Shown one piece after another: positions 10,601 through 20,809 of a stretch of 64,000 bases of DNA. Positions within the stretch are counted from its first letter, which is position 1. Every line of letters starts with the position of its first letter. A program made the position numbers and the translations under genes. The notes under the pieces are model-generated. The model had not been told where the DNA came from, did not search any database, and saw only the letters and a program-made list of their open reading frames with translations. Source of the stretch: Roseibacillus sp. (GTDB taxonomy: Bacteria; Verrucomicrobiota; Verrucomicrobiia; Verrucomicrobiales; Akkermansiaceae); the NCBI GenBank assembly GCA_965242925.1, contig CBDEUM010000022.1:64001-128000 (forward strand), in the 5' to 3' direction.

Positions 10601-13600
10601 CTCCCAGGTGATCGCCCTGGACTACCGTATCAAACGCGATGACGGAATGGTGCTCTACCTCAATGGAACCGTCATCGGCCGCGACAACGTGGAGGCGGAT
10701 CCCGACTACCTCACCGAGGCAAGCAACGGATCGAGCCGGGAGGATGACTTCCTTGATCCCGATGATCTCGATTTCGCCGCCGAAGACATACACTCCCTGC
10801 TCGTCGATGGCACCAATACCATCGCGGTCGAGATGCACCAGGACGACGACGAGAGTTCGGACATCAGCTTTGACTTTGAACTGACCGCCGCCTGGCCGGC
10901 AACCAATCCCGGGAACCTCACCATCACCGCCACCGCGGCTCAGCAGCAGGCCCGCAAGACTCTCACCAGCCTTCACGACCAGGCCGTTACTCCTGTAAGC
11001 GGCACCTTGCCCGGCGCCTCTACTGCCTGGGAGGGAATCGTGCATCTTACAGATGACACCACCGTCCCGGTCGGACACGTCCTCACCATTCATCCCGGCA
11101 CCCTCATCCTCGTCGACGGTGATCCCACCAGCGAAGGCACCGGGGGACGCGACCTCATCGTGCAGGGACATATCGAGGCGGCGGGAACAGATACCCGCCC
11201 CATCACCTTCACCTCCTCCGCCGACAATGCGCCCTGGGGCCAGATCCTCTTCGACAATTCCCAGTCTGCCCGGTTCAGTTTCAGCAACATCCACCGGGCC
11301 GGTCATTCCCCCCGCGGAGGACACACCGACCACGGCCGGGTCCTGCGCATCATGGGATCAGACGTCACCTTCGAGAACTGCACCATCTCCGATAACCGCG
11401 GCAAGGTGGGACAAACCGACAGGCAGGGAGGTTCCGACTCGGTGATGATCTTCCGGGAGTGTCACTGGGCACGCTCCGTGATGGGAATCGAAACGTTCGA
11501 CACGGGCGTCCTCATGGAGGACTGCTGGATCACCGACATGCTGGGTCAGTACCGTGAGGACGGGGTAACCGATGACAACGATGCCATCTACCTGCACGGC
11601 GCCGGACCCGGCCAGTCCATCACGCTTCGCCGACTGGTCGTCGCCAACTGCGAAGACGATGGCATCGACACCCTGGATGCCGACCTCCTGGTGGAGGATT
11701 CCATCAGTCGCAATATCACTGACAAGGGCATGAGCATGCTGGGGGGAACAGCCACCGTAACGCATTGCCTTTTCACGTCCTGTGACATCGGGTTCTCCGC
11801 CAAGAACGATGCCAGCGCCACTCTCCGGTTTTGCACCATCACCGATAACGGCGCCATGGGCCTGCAGGCCGAGAACAAGAACGGCAACGACGATCCCAGC
11901 TTCTACGATATCACGAATTCCATCATCTGGAACAACGGGGACGACATCCGGACGGACTACGATCCCTCCGACATCACCGTGGGGCACACCCTGATCGGCC
12001 AACCCTGGCCCGATGCTGCCGGCCAGGACCCGGGCAACCTCAATGTCGATCCGCTCTTTGTTAGTCCGGAAACCAATAACTACCATCTCACCGCCTCTTC
12101 CCCTGCCAGGAATACCGCAGATCCAGCCCTTCCCCCCGATCCGGACGGCACCAGCCGGGACCTCGGCCGCCATCCCTATGACAACGTCTTCGACGGGGCG
12201 GGATCCGAGATCCGCTGGCTGACCGCCAACGGCCCCTATCGAATAACGTCCGATGCCACTGTGCCCGCCGGAAACAACCTCGTCATCGAGGCCGGTGCCA
12301 ACGTCTACTTTGAACCCGGGACCCGCCTCACCGTCAACGGCACGATCCGCCTGGAGGGCAGCCCCACCAGCCGAGTGCAGCTCACCAGCGTTCCGGGAGC
12401 CCCCTTTGAGAACGACTCCGCCAGCGATGACCTTCCCCCGGGGCCACCCAAGTGGGACGGAATCAAGATTGTGGACTCGATGGATCCCGCCAACCGCATT
12501 GCCCATGTCGACATCCGCAACGCCCAGCACCGGGAAGGATCGATCGGGATCCTCCGTTCACAATGCGTGATCGATGACGTGCGTTTCAGTGGCACCCACA
12601 TCCGCATGATCTACACCGATGACGCCTCCGTCATCATTGAGAACTGTATCTTCCCCGACATGTTCGCCCCAGATGAGCAGGCTGCCGCACTGGGCCTGGA
12701 CAACATCAGCGAACACGTCAAGGGCGAAGGCGACATCCCCGCGGGCGGTCGCTACATCATCCGCAACAACAGGTTCGGAACCAACAAGGGCCACAATGAC
12801 GTGGTTGACGTGGAGAGCGGAAGTCGGCCTGGCCCCATCGTCCAGATTCTCAACAACTATTTTGCAGGATCGCGCTGCGAGGAACTGGATCTTGGCGGCG
12901 ATCTTTACATCGCCGGAAACATCTTCACCAACATCTTCAAGGATAATGAGACCTCCGACCGCGGCTATGCCAGCGCCATCTCCACCGGAGACAGGTCCAA
13001 CACCACGACAATGCTTGCCCGCAACATCTTCTGGGACGTCGACCACGCCATCAGCCTGAAGGGCGAATCGGATACCATCTTTGAAAGCAACACCATCTAC
13101 AAGATCCACCCCGACTTCGTGGACACCTTCGACAACAACAACATCGGATCCGCCATCAACCTCTTCGTCCCCGGCGACAGCTCGCCCACTCCTGCGGCAG
13201 CAGCCTACGCCAGTTCCAATATCTTCCTTGATATCCCCCGGGTATTCGGCAACGCCGACATGCTTACCGAGGACTCCACCTTCCGGACCCCCCTGGAGTT
13301 CTTCCATAACCTCGTCGACCCCGCCATCATCGACACCAGCGTGGGGATCGAACATACGGGAGAGACGATTTACGACCTCGGCACTGGAAGTTTCACCGGG
13401 CTGCCCCTTTTCGCCGATCCCGACAACGGCGACTTCAGCCTCCTGCCAGGATCTCCCGCGCTCAACGCCGGACCACTCGGAGATGACCTCGGCGCCCTCG
13501 TATCCGATCAAATCCGGATCACCGGGGAACCACCCGCCTTTACCACTTCAACCAGCGTCACCCTCACGGTGGGTGGGCCGGGACTCTTCGGTTATCGCTA

Positions 13601-15623
13601 CCGGGTCAACGACGGCCCCTGGAGCGCAGATCTCGACATTGGCAACGCGAACGGCCTGGTTCCGGGTGATCCCGCCGTGCGAACGGCGCAAATCGAACTC
13701 CCTGAACTGGCTGACGGCACCTACACCGTCTTCGCGGAAGGGCGCACCTTTGCCGGGGTCTGGCACTCCACCCCGACCGCATCCCGGAGCTGGACGGTCG
13801 ATTCAACCCTCTCCCGTCTCGTCATCAACGAGGTTCTCGCCGACAACGACGGAGCAATCGCGCACGAGGGCACCTTCCCCGACATCATCGAACTCTGCAA
13901 TTCAGGCTCATCTCCCGTGGATCTTGCCGGAATGAGCCTCTCTGACAACCCCGACTCTCCCGACGAGTTCACCTTCCCCGCGGGAACTACCCTCGCCCCC
14001 GGCGATTTCCTTGTCCTCTTCGCCGACGATCCCAACGGCACCTCGGGCATCCATCTTCAATTTTCGCTCAGCGCTTCTGGAGAAGGTGTCTATCTGTTTG
14101 ATGCCCAGGCCCGCGACCGGGTCCTGCTCGACTCCATCGAATTCGGTCCGCAGGTCCCCGGTCTCTCCATCGGCCGAAATCGTAGCGGTGACCAGTGGAC
14201 CCTCGACATCCCCACCCCTGGTGCCCCGAACGTCGCGCAACCTGCCGGGAATCCCGCCACTCTGGTTATTAACGAATGGATGACCGAAGGCGATGTCCTT
14301 TACCGGGACGACTGGTTTGAAATCCACAACCCTGACCCGCTCCCGGTAGCCCTGGCAGGATTCAGTGTGAGTGATCATCCTGATAACCCCCAGCACCACG
14401 CCTTCCCGCCCCTCAGCTTCATCGCCGGAAACGGCTTCCTTAAGCTCATTGCGGACCGCGATGTGTCCGCCGGTCCTGATCATGTCCCCTTCGCCCTCGA
14501 CGCGGATGAAGACCGTCTTTCCCTCTTCGATCCCGATGGCAGAATGATCGACCAGGTCATCTTCGGACCACAGGCATCGGACATCTCACAGGGACGCTGG
14601 GATCCCTCCGTCACGGGACTTGGTTACTTCACCCTTCCTACCGGTGGACTCGAAAACAGCCGCGAAGGGCAGTCGGGCATCCCCGGTTTCGACAATGCTC
14701 TCGCCCTCCTGCGGCACCTCCGCATTTCCGAGATCATGTACGAGCCCCAGAGCGGCATACCATACGAATTCATTGAACTCAGAAACACCGGACCGGTGAT
14801 CCTCGATCTCACCGGATTGCGCTTCACCGACGGGATCTCCTTCACCTTCCCTTCCCTGACCCTTGACCCGGGCGAAGAGGTTCTCGTGGTCGGGGATCTC
14901 TCCGCCTTCGAGTCCCGCTACGGAACGGCGCTCAATGTGGCCGGGGTCTTCGGCGGAAATCTGGACAACGACGGCGAAAGGATTATCCTCTCCCTGCCCC
15001 TTCCCTTTGACGCAGCCATCCTGCGCTTCACCTTCGATCCCATCTGGTGGCCCTCCACCGCTGGCTCCGGCCGCTCGCTGGAACTGCGCGAGGCGCTCCC
15101 CGCCGCCCGTGACTTCGACTTGAGATCCAGCTGGGAGCCCAGTGCCCAGGTGGATGGAACCCCCAACGGGGGCGCCATTCTCATCCCCACCGAATTCCAG
15201 GCCTGGCTCGCTTTCTACGGGCTGACTCCTCTTGAGGATGGTGACCATGACAGCCTTGTGGCCCTCATGGAATTCAGCCTCGGCCTGGATCCGCTCCTCG
15301 ATCTGGGAATCCATGGTCCCGTCTCCCTCCCGGCGGTCACCCGTTCCATCGACGATCGCACGGTCATCTCCTTCGCTCTTCCCGTAAACACAACCGCCAC
15401 CGACGGCTACGGGGCAACTGACATCGTTTACACGGTGGAGACCTCCAGCGATCTCTTGAACTGGAACGCCCTGCTCACCAAGACTGATGAGACCTCCTTT
15501 ACCGGTCCCGGTACGCTAATCGAGAATCCGCCCTTCAATGGAGGCGTGCGGGTGAGCATTACCGATGACCAAGCCGACCTCCTTCAACACTTCATCCGGC
15601 TGAAGGTAGACTATGCCCCCTGA
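7686..15623 (+). CDS. Giant secreted protein (~2645 aa): lamin-tail domains, CotH kinase domain and parallel beta-helix repeats
   Basis: Signal peptide from ATG 7686. There are four LTD-like starts (VINEIFYH, LVINEVLA, LVINEWM, LRISEIMY, each followed by a WIEL/FIEL-like motif). The CotH-like segment includes YFALDTLAGN, DDYGLY and LVPHDLD. Two beta-helix regions follow, and the C-terminus is the verrucomicrobial-type YTVETSSDLLNW...FIRLKV. Confidence 0.85.
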   Translation: MQQFAALRLPQRRASSLFPVALLALILPVVADPVINEIFYHEDHGINPENLLTEWIELHNPTPAALDLSNWTLSRGVSYAFPPGTSLPANGYLVVAADTPAFNAAHPGIDNGTNVFGPWIGRLQNSGETIELEDAAGRRADRVHFADEGDWAIRARGPLDNGHQGWTWLATHDGGGSSLELINPALSNKRGQNWASSAVAGGSPGAVNSVASGTGAPLILNVRHDPVIPRSSDTVVISAELEHATITGSATLHWRVDDQESWSSQDLVDNGRGELNSEIPGHPDGTVIEFYLSTSNGVAERTWPGPVQPSGEQEANALIQFDNSYDPTAPWVPGAQPKYRIIMTEDERAELADIGDNNESPRNEEDSNAEMNCTFIVEDGTGLALRYLSSVRNRGASSRNPPPNNFLVKFRSDEDWNGQPSIKFNARYPHSQVFGSWYFRHGGVETANASAALLRINGEDLARSGSNMYGSYARLESFGSAYTENHWPLDPDGNFYQVRDDEDANEEGDLRYEGADPDSYRNTYFKKTNQSEDDWSDLIALTNALNNAPEETYLQEVGQVLNIDQWLTYFALDTLAGNREGGLITSKGDDYGLYRGVKDPRFLLVPHDLDTVFNLGSITVDTNRSLWSFDDLPGLTRFFQNDEIVYRYYARLLELLNGAFDPAILHPMIDELLDDWVSEDEIEDAGDWVTGRLDGARNRIPDSFSADCTLPLDDGFFRTTDGTAQFSGEFRAGRVLSVLLNGVEANRTQRSGAWQFEVNPGDTFFNPGLNRVVVQCFSGPAGTGSVIDQTFLDVWNDTGTTTDVSGTLIGEIPVGSLKIVTRDSYLPSHPILVRLEFRDPDGSFNRNLWETTATLTSDVQGVTLTPDTVTIRNGLGSALVKIAGGAGGIQTNLINTGEIWNYLDNGSDQGTSWRDQEFNDDSWRSGPAELGYGDNDEATEVRFGSDEDNDRNDEDNKYITTYFRKDFTIADASQVIALDYRIKRDDGMVLYLNGTVIGRDNVEADPDYLTEASNGSSREDDFLDPDDLDFAAEDIHSLLVDGTNTIAVEMHQDDDESSDISFDFELTAAWPATNPGNLTITATAAQQQARKTLTSLHDQAVTPVSGTLPGASTAWEGIVHLTDDTTVPVGHVLTIHPGTLILVDGDPTSEGTGGRDLIVQGHIEAAGTDTRPITFTSSADNAPWGQILFDNSQSARFSFSNIHRAGHSPRGGHTDHGRVLRIMGSDVTFENCTISDNRGKVGQTDRQGGSDSVMIFRECHWARSVMGIETFDTGVLMEDCWITDMLGQYREDGVTDDNDAIYLHGAGPGQSITLRRLVVANCEDDGIDTLDADLLVEDSISRNITDKGMSMLGGTATVTHCLFTSCDIGFSAKNDASATLRFCTITDNGAMGLQAENKNGNDDPSFYDITNSIIWNNGDDIRTDYDPSDITVGHTLIGQPWPDAAGQDPGNLNVDPLFVSPETNNYHLTASSPARNTADPALPPDPDGTSRDLGRHPYDNVFDGAGSEIRWLTANGPYRITSDATVPAGNNLVIEAGANVYFEPGTRLTVNGTIRLEGSPTSRVQLTSVPGAPFENDSASDDLPPGPPKWDGIKIVDSMDPANRIAHVDIRNAQHREGSIGILRSQCVIDDVRFSGTHIRMIYTDDASVIIENCIFPDMFAPDEQAAALGLDNISEHVKGEGDIPAGGRYIIRNNRFGTNKGHNDVVDVESGSRPGPIVQILNNYFAGSRCEELDLGGDLYIAGNIFTNIFKDNETSDRGYASAISTGDRSNTTTMLARNIFWDVDHAISLKGESDTIFESNTIYKIHPDFVDTFDNNNIGSAINLFVPGDSSPTPAAAAYASSNIFLDIPRVFGNADMLTEDSTFRTPLEFFHNLVDPAIIDTSVGIEHTGETIYDLGTGSFTGLPLFADPDNGDFSLLPGSPALNAGPLGDDLGALVSDQIRITGEPPAFTTSTSVTLTVGGPGLFGYRYRVNDGPWSADLDIGNANGLVPGDPAVRTAQIELPELADGTYTVFAEGRTFAGVWHSTPTASRSWTVDSTLSRLVINEVLADNDGAIAHEGTFPDIIELCNSGSSPVDLAGMSLSDNPDSPDEFTFPAGTTLAPGDFLVLFADDPNGTSGIHLQFSLSASGEGVYLFDAQARDRVLLDSIEFGPQVPGLSIGRNRSGDQWTLDIPTPGAPNVAQPAGNPATLVINEWMTEGDVLYRDDWFEIHNPDPLPVALAGFSVSDHPDNPQHHAFPPLSFIAGNGFLKLIADRDVSAGPDHVPFALDADEDRLSLFDPDGRMIDQVIFGPQASDISQGRWDPSVTGLGYFTLPTGGLENSREGQSGIPGFDNALALLRHLRISEIMYEPQSGIPYEFIELRNTGPVILDLTGLRFTDGISFTFPSLTLDPGEEVLVVGDLSAFESRYGTALNVAGVFGGNLDNDGERIILSLPLPFDAAILRFTFDPIWWPSTAGSGRSLELREALPAARDFDLRSSWEPSAQVDGTPNGGAILIPTEFQAWLAFYGLTPLEDGDHDSLVALMEFSLGLDPLLDLGIHGPVSLPAVTRSIDDRTVISFALPVNTTATDGYGATDIVYTVETSSDLLNWNALLTKTDETSFTGPGTLIENPPFNGGVRVSITDDQADLLQHFIRLKVDYAP

Positions 15624-15626
15624 GCC

Positions 15627-16070
15627 CTACCGCCGGTTGCGATTCTGGTTGTAGCGCCGGTTCAATTCACGAGCGCGCTCAGCCTGCTTCTTATTGAACT
15701 CCCGGCGCTTCTCCTCCAGCTTGTTGTCGGCCTTGGCCGTGATCCGGCTCGCCTTGTAGACCGTGTCAGCCTCGCTCTTGCCGTAGCGGAGGACTCCCCC
15801 GGCAACCGACGCCTGCATCCCCGCCTTGAGATCACCCAGGGAGGCCTTCCTGCCGTTCACCAGGATTCTGGTGAAACTCGTGATCTTGTAGGTCTTCTTG
15901 CCCACTGTGACGCTGTCACCTCCCACTTTCCTGATGGTGGGCAACTCGGAGGCCGCTCCCTTGCGGGTCGGGGGCACGATCCTCCGTTTGTTCTTGTTGT
16001 CGCCAAAGGATGGGGCCGGAAGGAGAATGGCACCTGCCAGGATCAGCACGGAGGCACGGAACATCTTCAT
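15627..16070 (-). CDS. Small basic secreted hypothetical protein (DUF5666/OB-like beta domain plus helical tail)
   Basis: Signal peptide; TRILVNGRKASLGDLKAGMQASV resembles OB-like DUF5666 repeats. Confidence 0.65.
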   Translation of the reverse strand: MKMFRASVLILAGAILLPAPSFGDNKNKRRIVPPTRKGAASELPTIRKVGGDSVTVGKKTYKITSFTRILVNGRKASLGDLKAGMQASVAGGVLRYGKSEADTVYKASRITAKADNKLEEKRREFNKKQAERARELNRRYNQNRNRR

Positions 16071-16189
16071 TTGGATCCTTAGTAGCGTCCTCCCTCCCTC
16101 CTTTCAACCTCGGATTCCAGAATCCACCGCAGCCCACCAGTCATAACCGACTGCAGGCAAATGCCCGGAGAGCTCCTGAAACGCTGGCG

Positions 16190-17224
16190 CTAGGGTCTGG
16201 TTGCCATGATCGCGCTGCGGTCTCCCCCGGTCTCAAATTGCTGCACATCTGCAAACCCCACGCCCTCCATGACTGCACGGATTTCAGCAACTCCGTAACA
16301 ACGTCCCCGCGTAATGGCAACCAGGACGGTCGAATATTCCGCCACCGCACGCGGACCACTCTTGTCCTCGTTGAGGAAGGCCTCGTGGGCCACCACTAGT
16401 CCACCACTCGGCAGGGAGTTGTATGACTTGCGCAGAAGGGCCTCTACTTCCGGCAGATCCCAGTCGTGCAGCACGTTTGAAAGCAGGTGGACATCATGAT
16501 TGTCCGGATAGGCATCCCGGAACATGTCACCCTCCACCACTTCAATACGGTGATTCAGCTCTCTCTCGGAGATTGCGCTTTCCGCGATCTTGTCCACCGG
16601 GATTTTTTCGAACACGGTGGCATTCAGCCCCTCGTTCGCTGCAACCAGGCAACAGGCATAAATTCCCGACCCCCCTCCTATATCGAGCAATCGAGTTCGC
16701 CCTGACAGATCCAGTTCCCCGGCCAGTTTCTGCCCGAGAAATACACCCCGGCAATCCATCGCAGCAGTGAACATCCGGGCGAATTCCGCGGACTCCATGG
16801 CCTCGTGCCAATCTGCTTCGGCCATTTCACTCTCCCAGTTGCCCGGCTTGCCCGTTCGCATCACGGTCAACACCTCCTTCACCACCGGGCGATCTTCCAG
16901 CGACGCGTAGTAGGATCCCAGTGCCCAGGGAGAATTGCGGCCCAGGTGCTCCCTGCACAGTTCAGTGGCTGAAAACCGATCCCCCTCTCTCTCCACCAGA
17001 CCATTCGCACAGGCCAGCGTCATAAGCACGTCTGCAGGCCGTTCGTGAATCCCGCAATGCTCACAGATCTCCTCCAGACTCGCCGGGGATTCCGCCAACC
17101 AGCTGAACAGATCGAGGTGCACGATCGCACAGGCCAGAAAATCCGCCGCATAAATTCCGTCGCGATAACGCAGGAGCGGAGTGGGATCTGACTTGGGGAG
17201 CTCAGTGAGATCAAAGGATGCCAT
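16190..17224 (-). CDS. SAM-dependent O-methyltransferase (Methyltransf_2 family with dimerisation domain)
   Basis: LLDIGGGSG, VEGDMF and SNVLHDW motifs; N-terminal winged-helix dimerisation region; start taken at ATG 17224. Confidence 0.88.
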   Translation of the reverse strand: MASFDLTELPKSDPTPLLRYRDGIYAADFLACAIVHLDLFSWLAESPASLEEICEHCGIHERPADVLMTLACANGLVEREGDRFSATELCREHLGRNSPWALGSYYASLEDRPVVKEVLTVMRTGKPGNWESEMAEADWHEAMESAEFARMFTAAMDCRGVFLGQKLAGELDLSGRTRLLDIGGGSGIYACCLVAANEGLNATVFEKIPVDKIAESAISERELNHRIEVVEGDMFRDAYPDNHDVHLLSNVLHDWDLPEVEALLRKSYNSLPSGGLVVAHEAFLNEDKSGPRAVAEYSTVLVAITRGRCYGVAEIRAVMEGVGFADVQQFETGGDRSAIMATRP

Positions 17225-17372
17225 CTCGCCGGAGACTAGAGCCCAGGGTGCCACTACTTGGCAAGAACTGGCTCCTCGGAGTCATCCCGCAAAGCCTGAG
17301 CTTCCCCCTCCTGCAGTCTGACACAGGGAACCGGTCCATGCATCACCCGGCATGATCGGAAGTTCCACCGCC

Positions 17373-18035
17373 TCACTCCCTGGAATCACCAACCGAAGCG
17401 GCCCTTCGGCGCATTACAGCCGGTCCAATGACAGCCCACAGCAGCGGGGGTAGTCCCGCGCTCAAAACAAGAGCAACTGCAGGATTCTCGTGCCCCCAAT
17501 CCCCGATTGTCGCAAAGGTGAATCCCAGGGGCAGGCTTCCGCAACCCAGCGCCATGAGAAACCGGCGGCAGGGCATCCGCACCAACCCGGCAAGACAGGC
17601 AATCACCTCAGGCATGATCGGAAGCCAGCGTGAAAGGGCCACCATCCAACCACCGGCCTTCCCCCCGAACAGTGCTTCGCCCCTGGCCAGATCCTCCTTG
17701 CCCGCAATCCACTCCGCCGCCGGTCGCCCCAGCTTCCAGCAGAGCCAGTAGGCCAGAATTCCGGACAACATCGATCCCGTTACCGCAAAGATCCCTCCCA
17801 GCCATGGCCCATAGACGTAGCCCAGTGCCGACATCACGACCGTCCCAGGAATGGGGAGGACCAGATCCGAGAGCAGCAGTCCGATTCCACCCAGCCATGC
17901 CCAGGCTCTCCCCAGCTCCATCAGCCAGGTGTTCGTCTTCTCCACGTCAAAACGCTCAGCGAACTGGTCACCCCAGAGCACGAAAGGCACCAGCACAAGC
18001 ACAGCCAGGATCAGGAAGAGCCAGAAAAGACGCAC
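17373..18035 (-). CDS. DedA/VTT (SNARE-associated, TVP38) family membrane protein
   Basis: DLVLPIPGTVVMSALGYVYG and LSRWLPIMPEVIACLAG motifs; hydrophobic. Confidence 0.82.
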   Translation of the reverse strand: MRLFWLFLILAVLVLVPFVLWGDQFAERFDVEKTNTWLMELGRAWAWLGGIGLLLSDLVLPIPGTVVMSALGYVYGPWLGGIFAVTGSMLSGILAYWLCWKLGRPAAEWIAGKEDLARGEALFGGKAGGWMVALSRWLPIMPEVIACLAGLVRMPCRRFLMALGCGSLPLGFTFATIGDWGHENPAVALVLSAGLPPLLWAVIGPAVMRRRAASVGDSRE

Positions 18036-18139
18036 GGAGGAACGCGGTTGGTCGCCACCAGCCTAGCGCTATTCCCCGAGGAAGTCACGGATTGCGCTCG
18101 CGATCTCTTTCTACCCGACGATAAACTCCCCTGCAAACG

Positions 18140-18604
18140 ATGTCCAAGCCCAGTCCCGAACCCTTTGAGCTGTCCGATCTTCCCGTTCTCGCACGCAGGG
18201 TCATCAAGGAGGCCAAGTTCCCCATGCTGGCCAGCATGGATGGCGATCAACCCCGCCTGCGCCCCATCTCTCCCGTGCGCACGGATGGCTACAACATCTA
18301 TGTAGCCAACCTGCGCAGCTACCACAAGACGGGCGAGATCGAGATCAACTCCAAGGTGGAGCTATGCTATCTCTCCCCTGATCATGACCAGCTCCGAATC
18401 ACCGGAGTGGCCCATCCGCTCGGCGAAAGTGAGCAATCCCTCATCAATGAAATATGGGAAGAGAATCCCCTCCTTCGCCAGTACCTCGGCATGAGTGACA
18501 ACCCCGAGCTGATCATCTACCGCATCGTGGCCCACCGCGTGCGCTTCATGCGTGAATGGGCTCTGAACTACCACGATGTGCCCCTGCCCATCGACGTCGG
18601 CTAG
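18140..18604 (+). CDS. Pyridoxamine 5'-phosphate oxidase-like FMN-binding split-barrel protein
   Basis: LASMDGDQPRLRP, KTGEIEINSKVELCY and QLRITG pattern. Confidence 0.8.
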   Translation: MSKPSPEPFELSDLPVLARRVIKEAKFPMLASMDGDQPRLRPISPVRTDGYNIYVANLRSYHKTGEIEINSKVELCYLSPDHDQLRITGVAHPLGESEQSLINEIWEENPLLRQYLGMSDNPELIIYRIVAHRVRFMREWALNYHDVPLPIDVG

Positions 18605-18641
18605 GGAAACGGGGCGGCAGGGAAGACTCCGGGCCGGGGAT

Positions 18642-19646
18642 CTACACCCACCCCTGGCTCGTGTCCCCGAGCGCAACCAGCTTCTCCTGCCTGATCCGCA
18701 GGGCTTCCTCGATGACCTCCAGTTCTTCCTCCGTCAGAACCCAGTCCCCCCCGCCCGCGGTCTGCTCGATCTGTGACGGCTTGCGCACGCCCACGATGGC
18801 CGAGGTCACTTCCCGCCGACGCAGCACCCAGGCCAGCGGCAACTGAGCCATGGGACGACCCGCTCCCTCCGCAATCGGGCGAATGGTTTCCACCACTTCC
18901 AGGTTGAGGTCCAGTTGCGGCGGCGTGAACTTGGGATCGCGGCTGCGGTGGTCCTTGTCCGAGAGGGCCCGTGCCCGTTCCCGGGTGAAAGCCCCGGTCA
19001 GCAGACCCTTCATCATTGGGCTGTAGCACACCACTCCCACTCCCTTTTCTCTACAGTAGGGGAGACGATCCTCCTCAATCTCCCGGTTCAACATGCTGTA
19101 GGGAGGTTGCAGGGAAGCAACGGGATGGATCGGCTGCAGACGCTCCATCTGCTCCACGCCGTGATTGGACACCCCGATCTCACGGATCTTGCCCGCCTTC
19201 TTCAGTTCGGTAATGGCAGTCCAGGCCTCCTCGATGTCTCCATCGGGATCGGGCCAGTGAACCTGGTAGAGATCGATGCAGTCCACACTCAGGCGACGCA
19301 GGCTGGCCTCACATTCCGCCACCACACTTTCACTCTTCAATCGTCCCAGGACCGTCCCGTCCTCCTGCATGATCCGTCCGCACTTGGTCGCCACGAGGGG
19401 ACGCTCTGATTCCGGGATCTCCCGCAAGGCCTTCCCCACCAGCACTTCGCTGGCTCCATCCCCGTAGATCGCCGCGGTATCAATCCAGTTCACCCCCAGT
19501 TCCACCCCCTTCCGGATGCCCACGATCGCCTCGCGCTCATCCTGGTCACCCCACCCGAAGGCCCAGTCGCCCCCTCCGATGGCCCACGTCCCGATCCCGA
19601 TTGTGGTCAACTCCAGTTCACTGCTGCCCAAGCGTCGTTTCTGCAT
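18642..19646 (-). CDS. Aldo/keto reductase
   Basis: IGIGTWAIGG, WIDTAAIYG, ATKCG, DLYQVHWP, IGVSN and LQPPYS motifs; start at ATG 19646 (MQKRRLG). Confidence 0.92.
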   Translation of the reverse strand: MQKRRLGSSELELTTIGIGTWAIGGGDWAFGWGDQDEREAIVGIRKGVELGVNWIDTAAIYGDGASEVLVGKALREIPESERPLVATKCGRIMQEDGTVLGRLKSESVVAECEASLRRLSVDCIDLYQVHWPDPDGDIEEAWTAITELKKAGKIREIGVSNHGVEQMERLQPIHPVASLQPPYSMLNREIEEDRLPYCREKGVGVVCYSPMMKGLLTGAFTRERARALSDKDHRSRDPKFTPPQLDLNLEVVETIRPIAEGAGRPMAQLPLAWVLRRREVTSAIVGVRKPSQIEQTAGGGDWVLTEEELEVIEEALRIRQEKLVALGDTSQGWV

Positions 19647-19779
19647 GCTGTGAAAGAACTGTCCCGGGTCCCTGCTGTCAACGATTTCACTTTTCTCCTC
19701 CTCCAAATGCCGGACCTCAGATCCTGGCAACCTGAAATTCGATCTTGGACTGGTCACAGGGACCAGGCCAAGATCGATC

Positions 19780-20697
19780 ATGCTCACCTTCTTCACCCAT
19801 CCTGCCTACAATGAGCATAGGATGCACGAGGGCCATCCCGAGCGCCCCGAGCGCACCCAGTCGATCCTCTCTCATCTCAAGGAGACCGGACAACTGACTG
19901 AATTCGAGCAACGCAATCCGGAGACAGTAAGCGAAGAGGCCCTCAAGCGTGTCCACGAACCGCTCTACCTCAAGAACCTCGCGGCAAGCGCTCCCGCTTC
20001 CGGACTCGTCACAGTCGATCCCGACACCCACCTCTCACCCGGTTCTCTTCCTGCCGCCCGCCTCGCCGCCGGCGCCCTGGAGGAGGCAGTCGCTCTCGTC
20101 CTATCCGGGAAAAACAAACGCGTCTTCTCCTGTGCCCGGCCTCCCGGTCACCACGCCGAACACGACGCCGGGATGGGCTTCTGCTTTTACAACAACGTGG
20201 CGGTGGGTGCCGCTGCCGCGCTCGCGCACGAGGACATCGACCGGGTGGCGATCCTCGACTTCGACGTTCATCACGGAAACGGAACCGTGGACATCTTCAA
20301 GGACAAGCCCGGGGTTCTCGTCGCCTCCAGTTTCCAGCACCCCCACTATCCCCACCGCTACTACGACCTCAAGCGCCCGAATATCGTCAACACCCCGCTG
20401 GTAGCCGGCACGGATGGCCCGGGGTTCCGCAAGGCCATCGAGCGCGATTGGCTGCCCGCCCTCGAGAAATTCAAACCCCAGCTCATCTTCATCTCCGCCG
20501 GATTCGACGCCCACACCGCCGACCCCCTCGGCGACATCCATCTCAAGGAGGCGGACTTCACCTGGGTGACCGATCTGATCGTGGCGGCTGCCCGACAACA
20601 CTGCGGGGGACGCATCATTTCCACCCTGGAGGGTGGCTACAACCTCGAGGCGCTGGCCAGGTCGGTGGCCGCCCACCTGCAGGCCCTCGCCTCCTGA
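19780..20697 (+). CDS. Histone deacetylase-family amidohydrolase
   Basis: HPERPER, RPPGHHA, GFCFYNN, DFDVHHGNGT, SAGFDAH and LEGGY motifs. Confidence 0.93.
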   Translation: MLTFFTHPAYNEHRMHEGHPERPERTQSILSHLKETGQLTEFEQRNPETVSEEALKRVHEPLYLKNLAASAPASGLVTVDPDTHLSPGSLPAARLAAGALEEAVALVLSGKNKRVFSCARPPGHHAEHDAGMGFCFYNNVAVGAAAALAHEDIDRVAILDFDVHHGNGTVDIFKDKPGVLVASSFQHPHYPHRYYDLKRPNIVNTPLVAGTDGPGFRKAIERDWLPALEKFKPQLIFISAGFDAHTADPLGDIHLKEADFTWVTDLIVAAARQHCGGRIISTLEGGYNLEALARSVAAHLQALAS

Positions 20698-20809
20698 GGA
20701 GACCCTCACTTCCTGGTCCGCCGGATCCTGGATCGATCGCCGCTTCCGTCCACCCGTGGTGAGGCAAGGTCGTCCCGCCCCACTCGTCCGGGTGCTCTGC
20801 CCCGTTATC

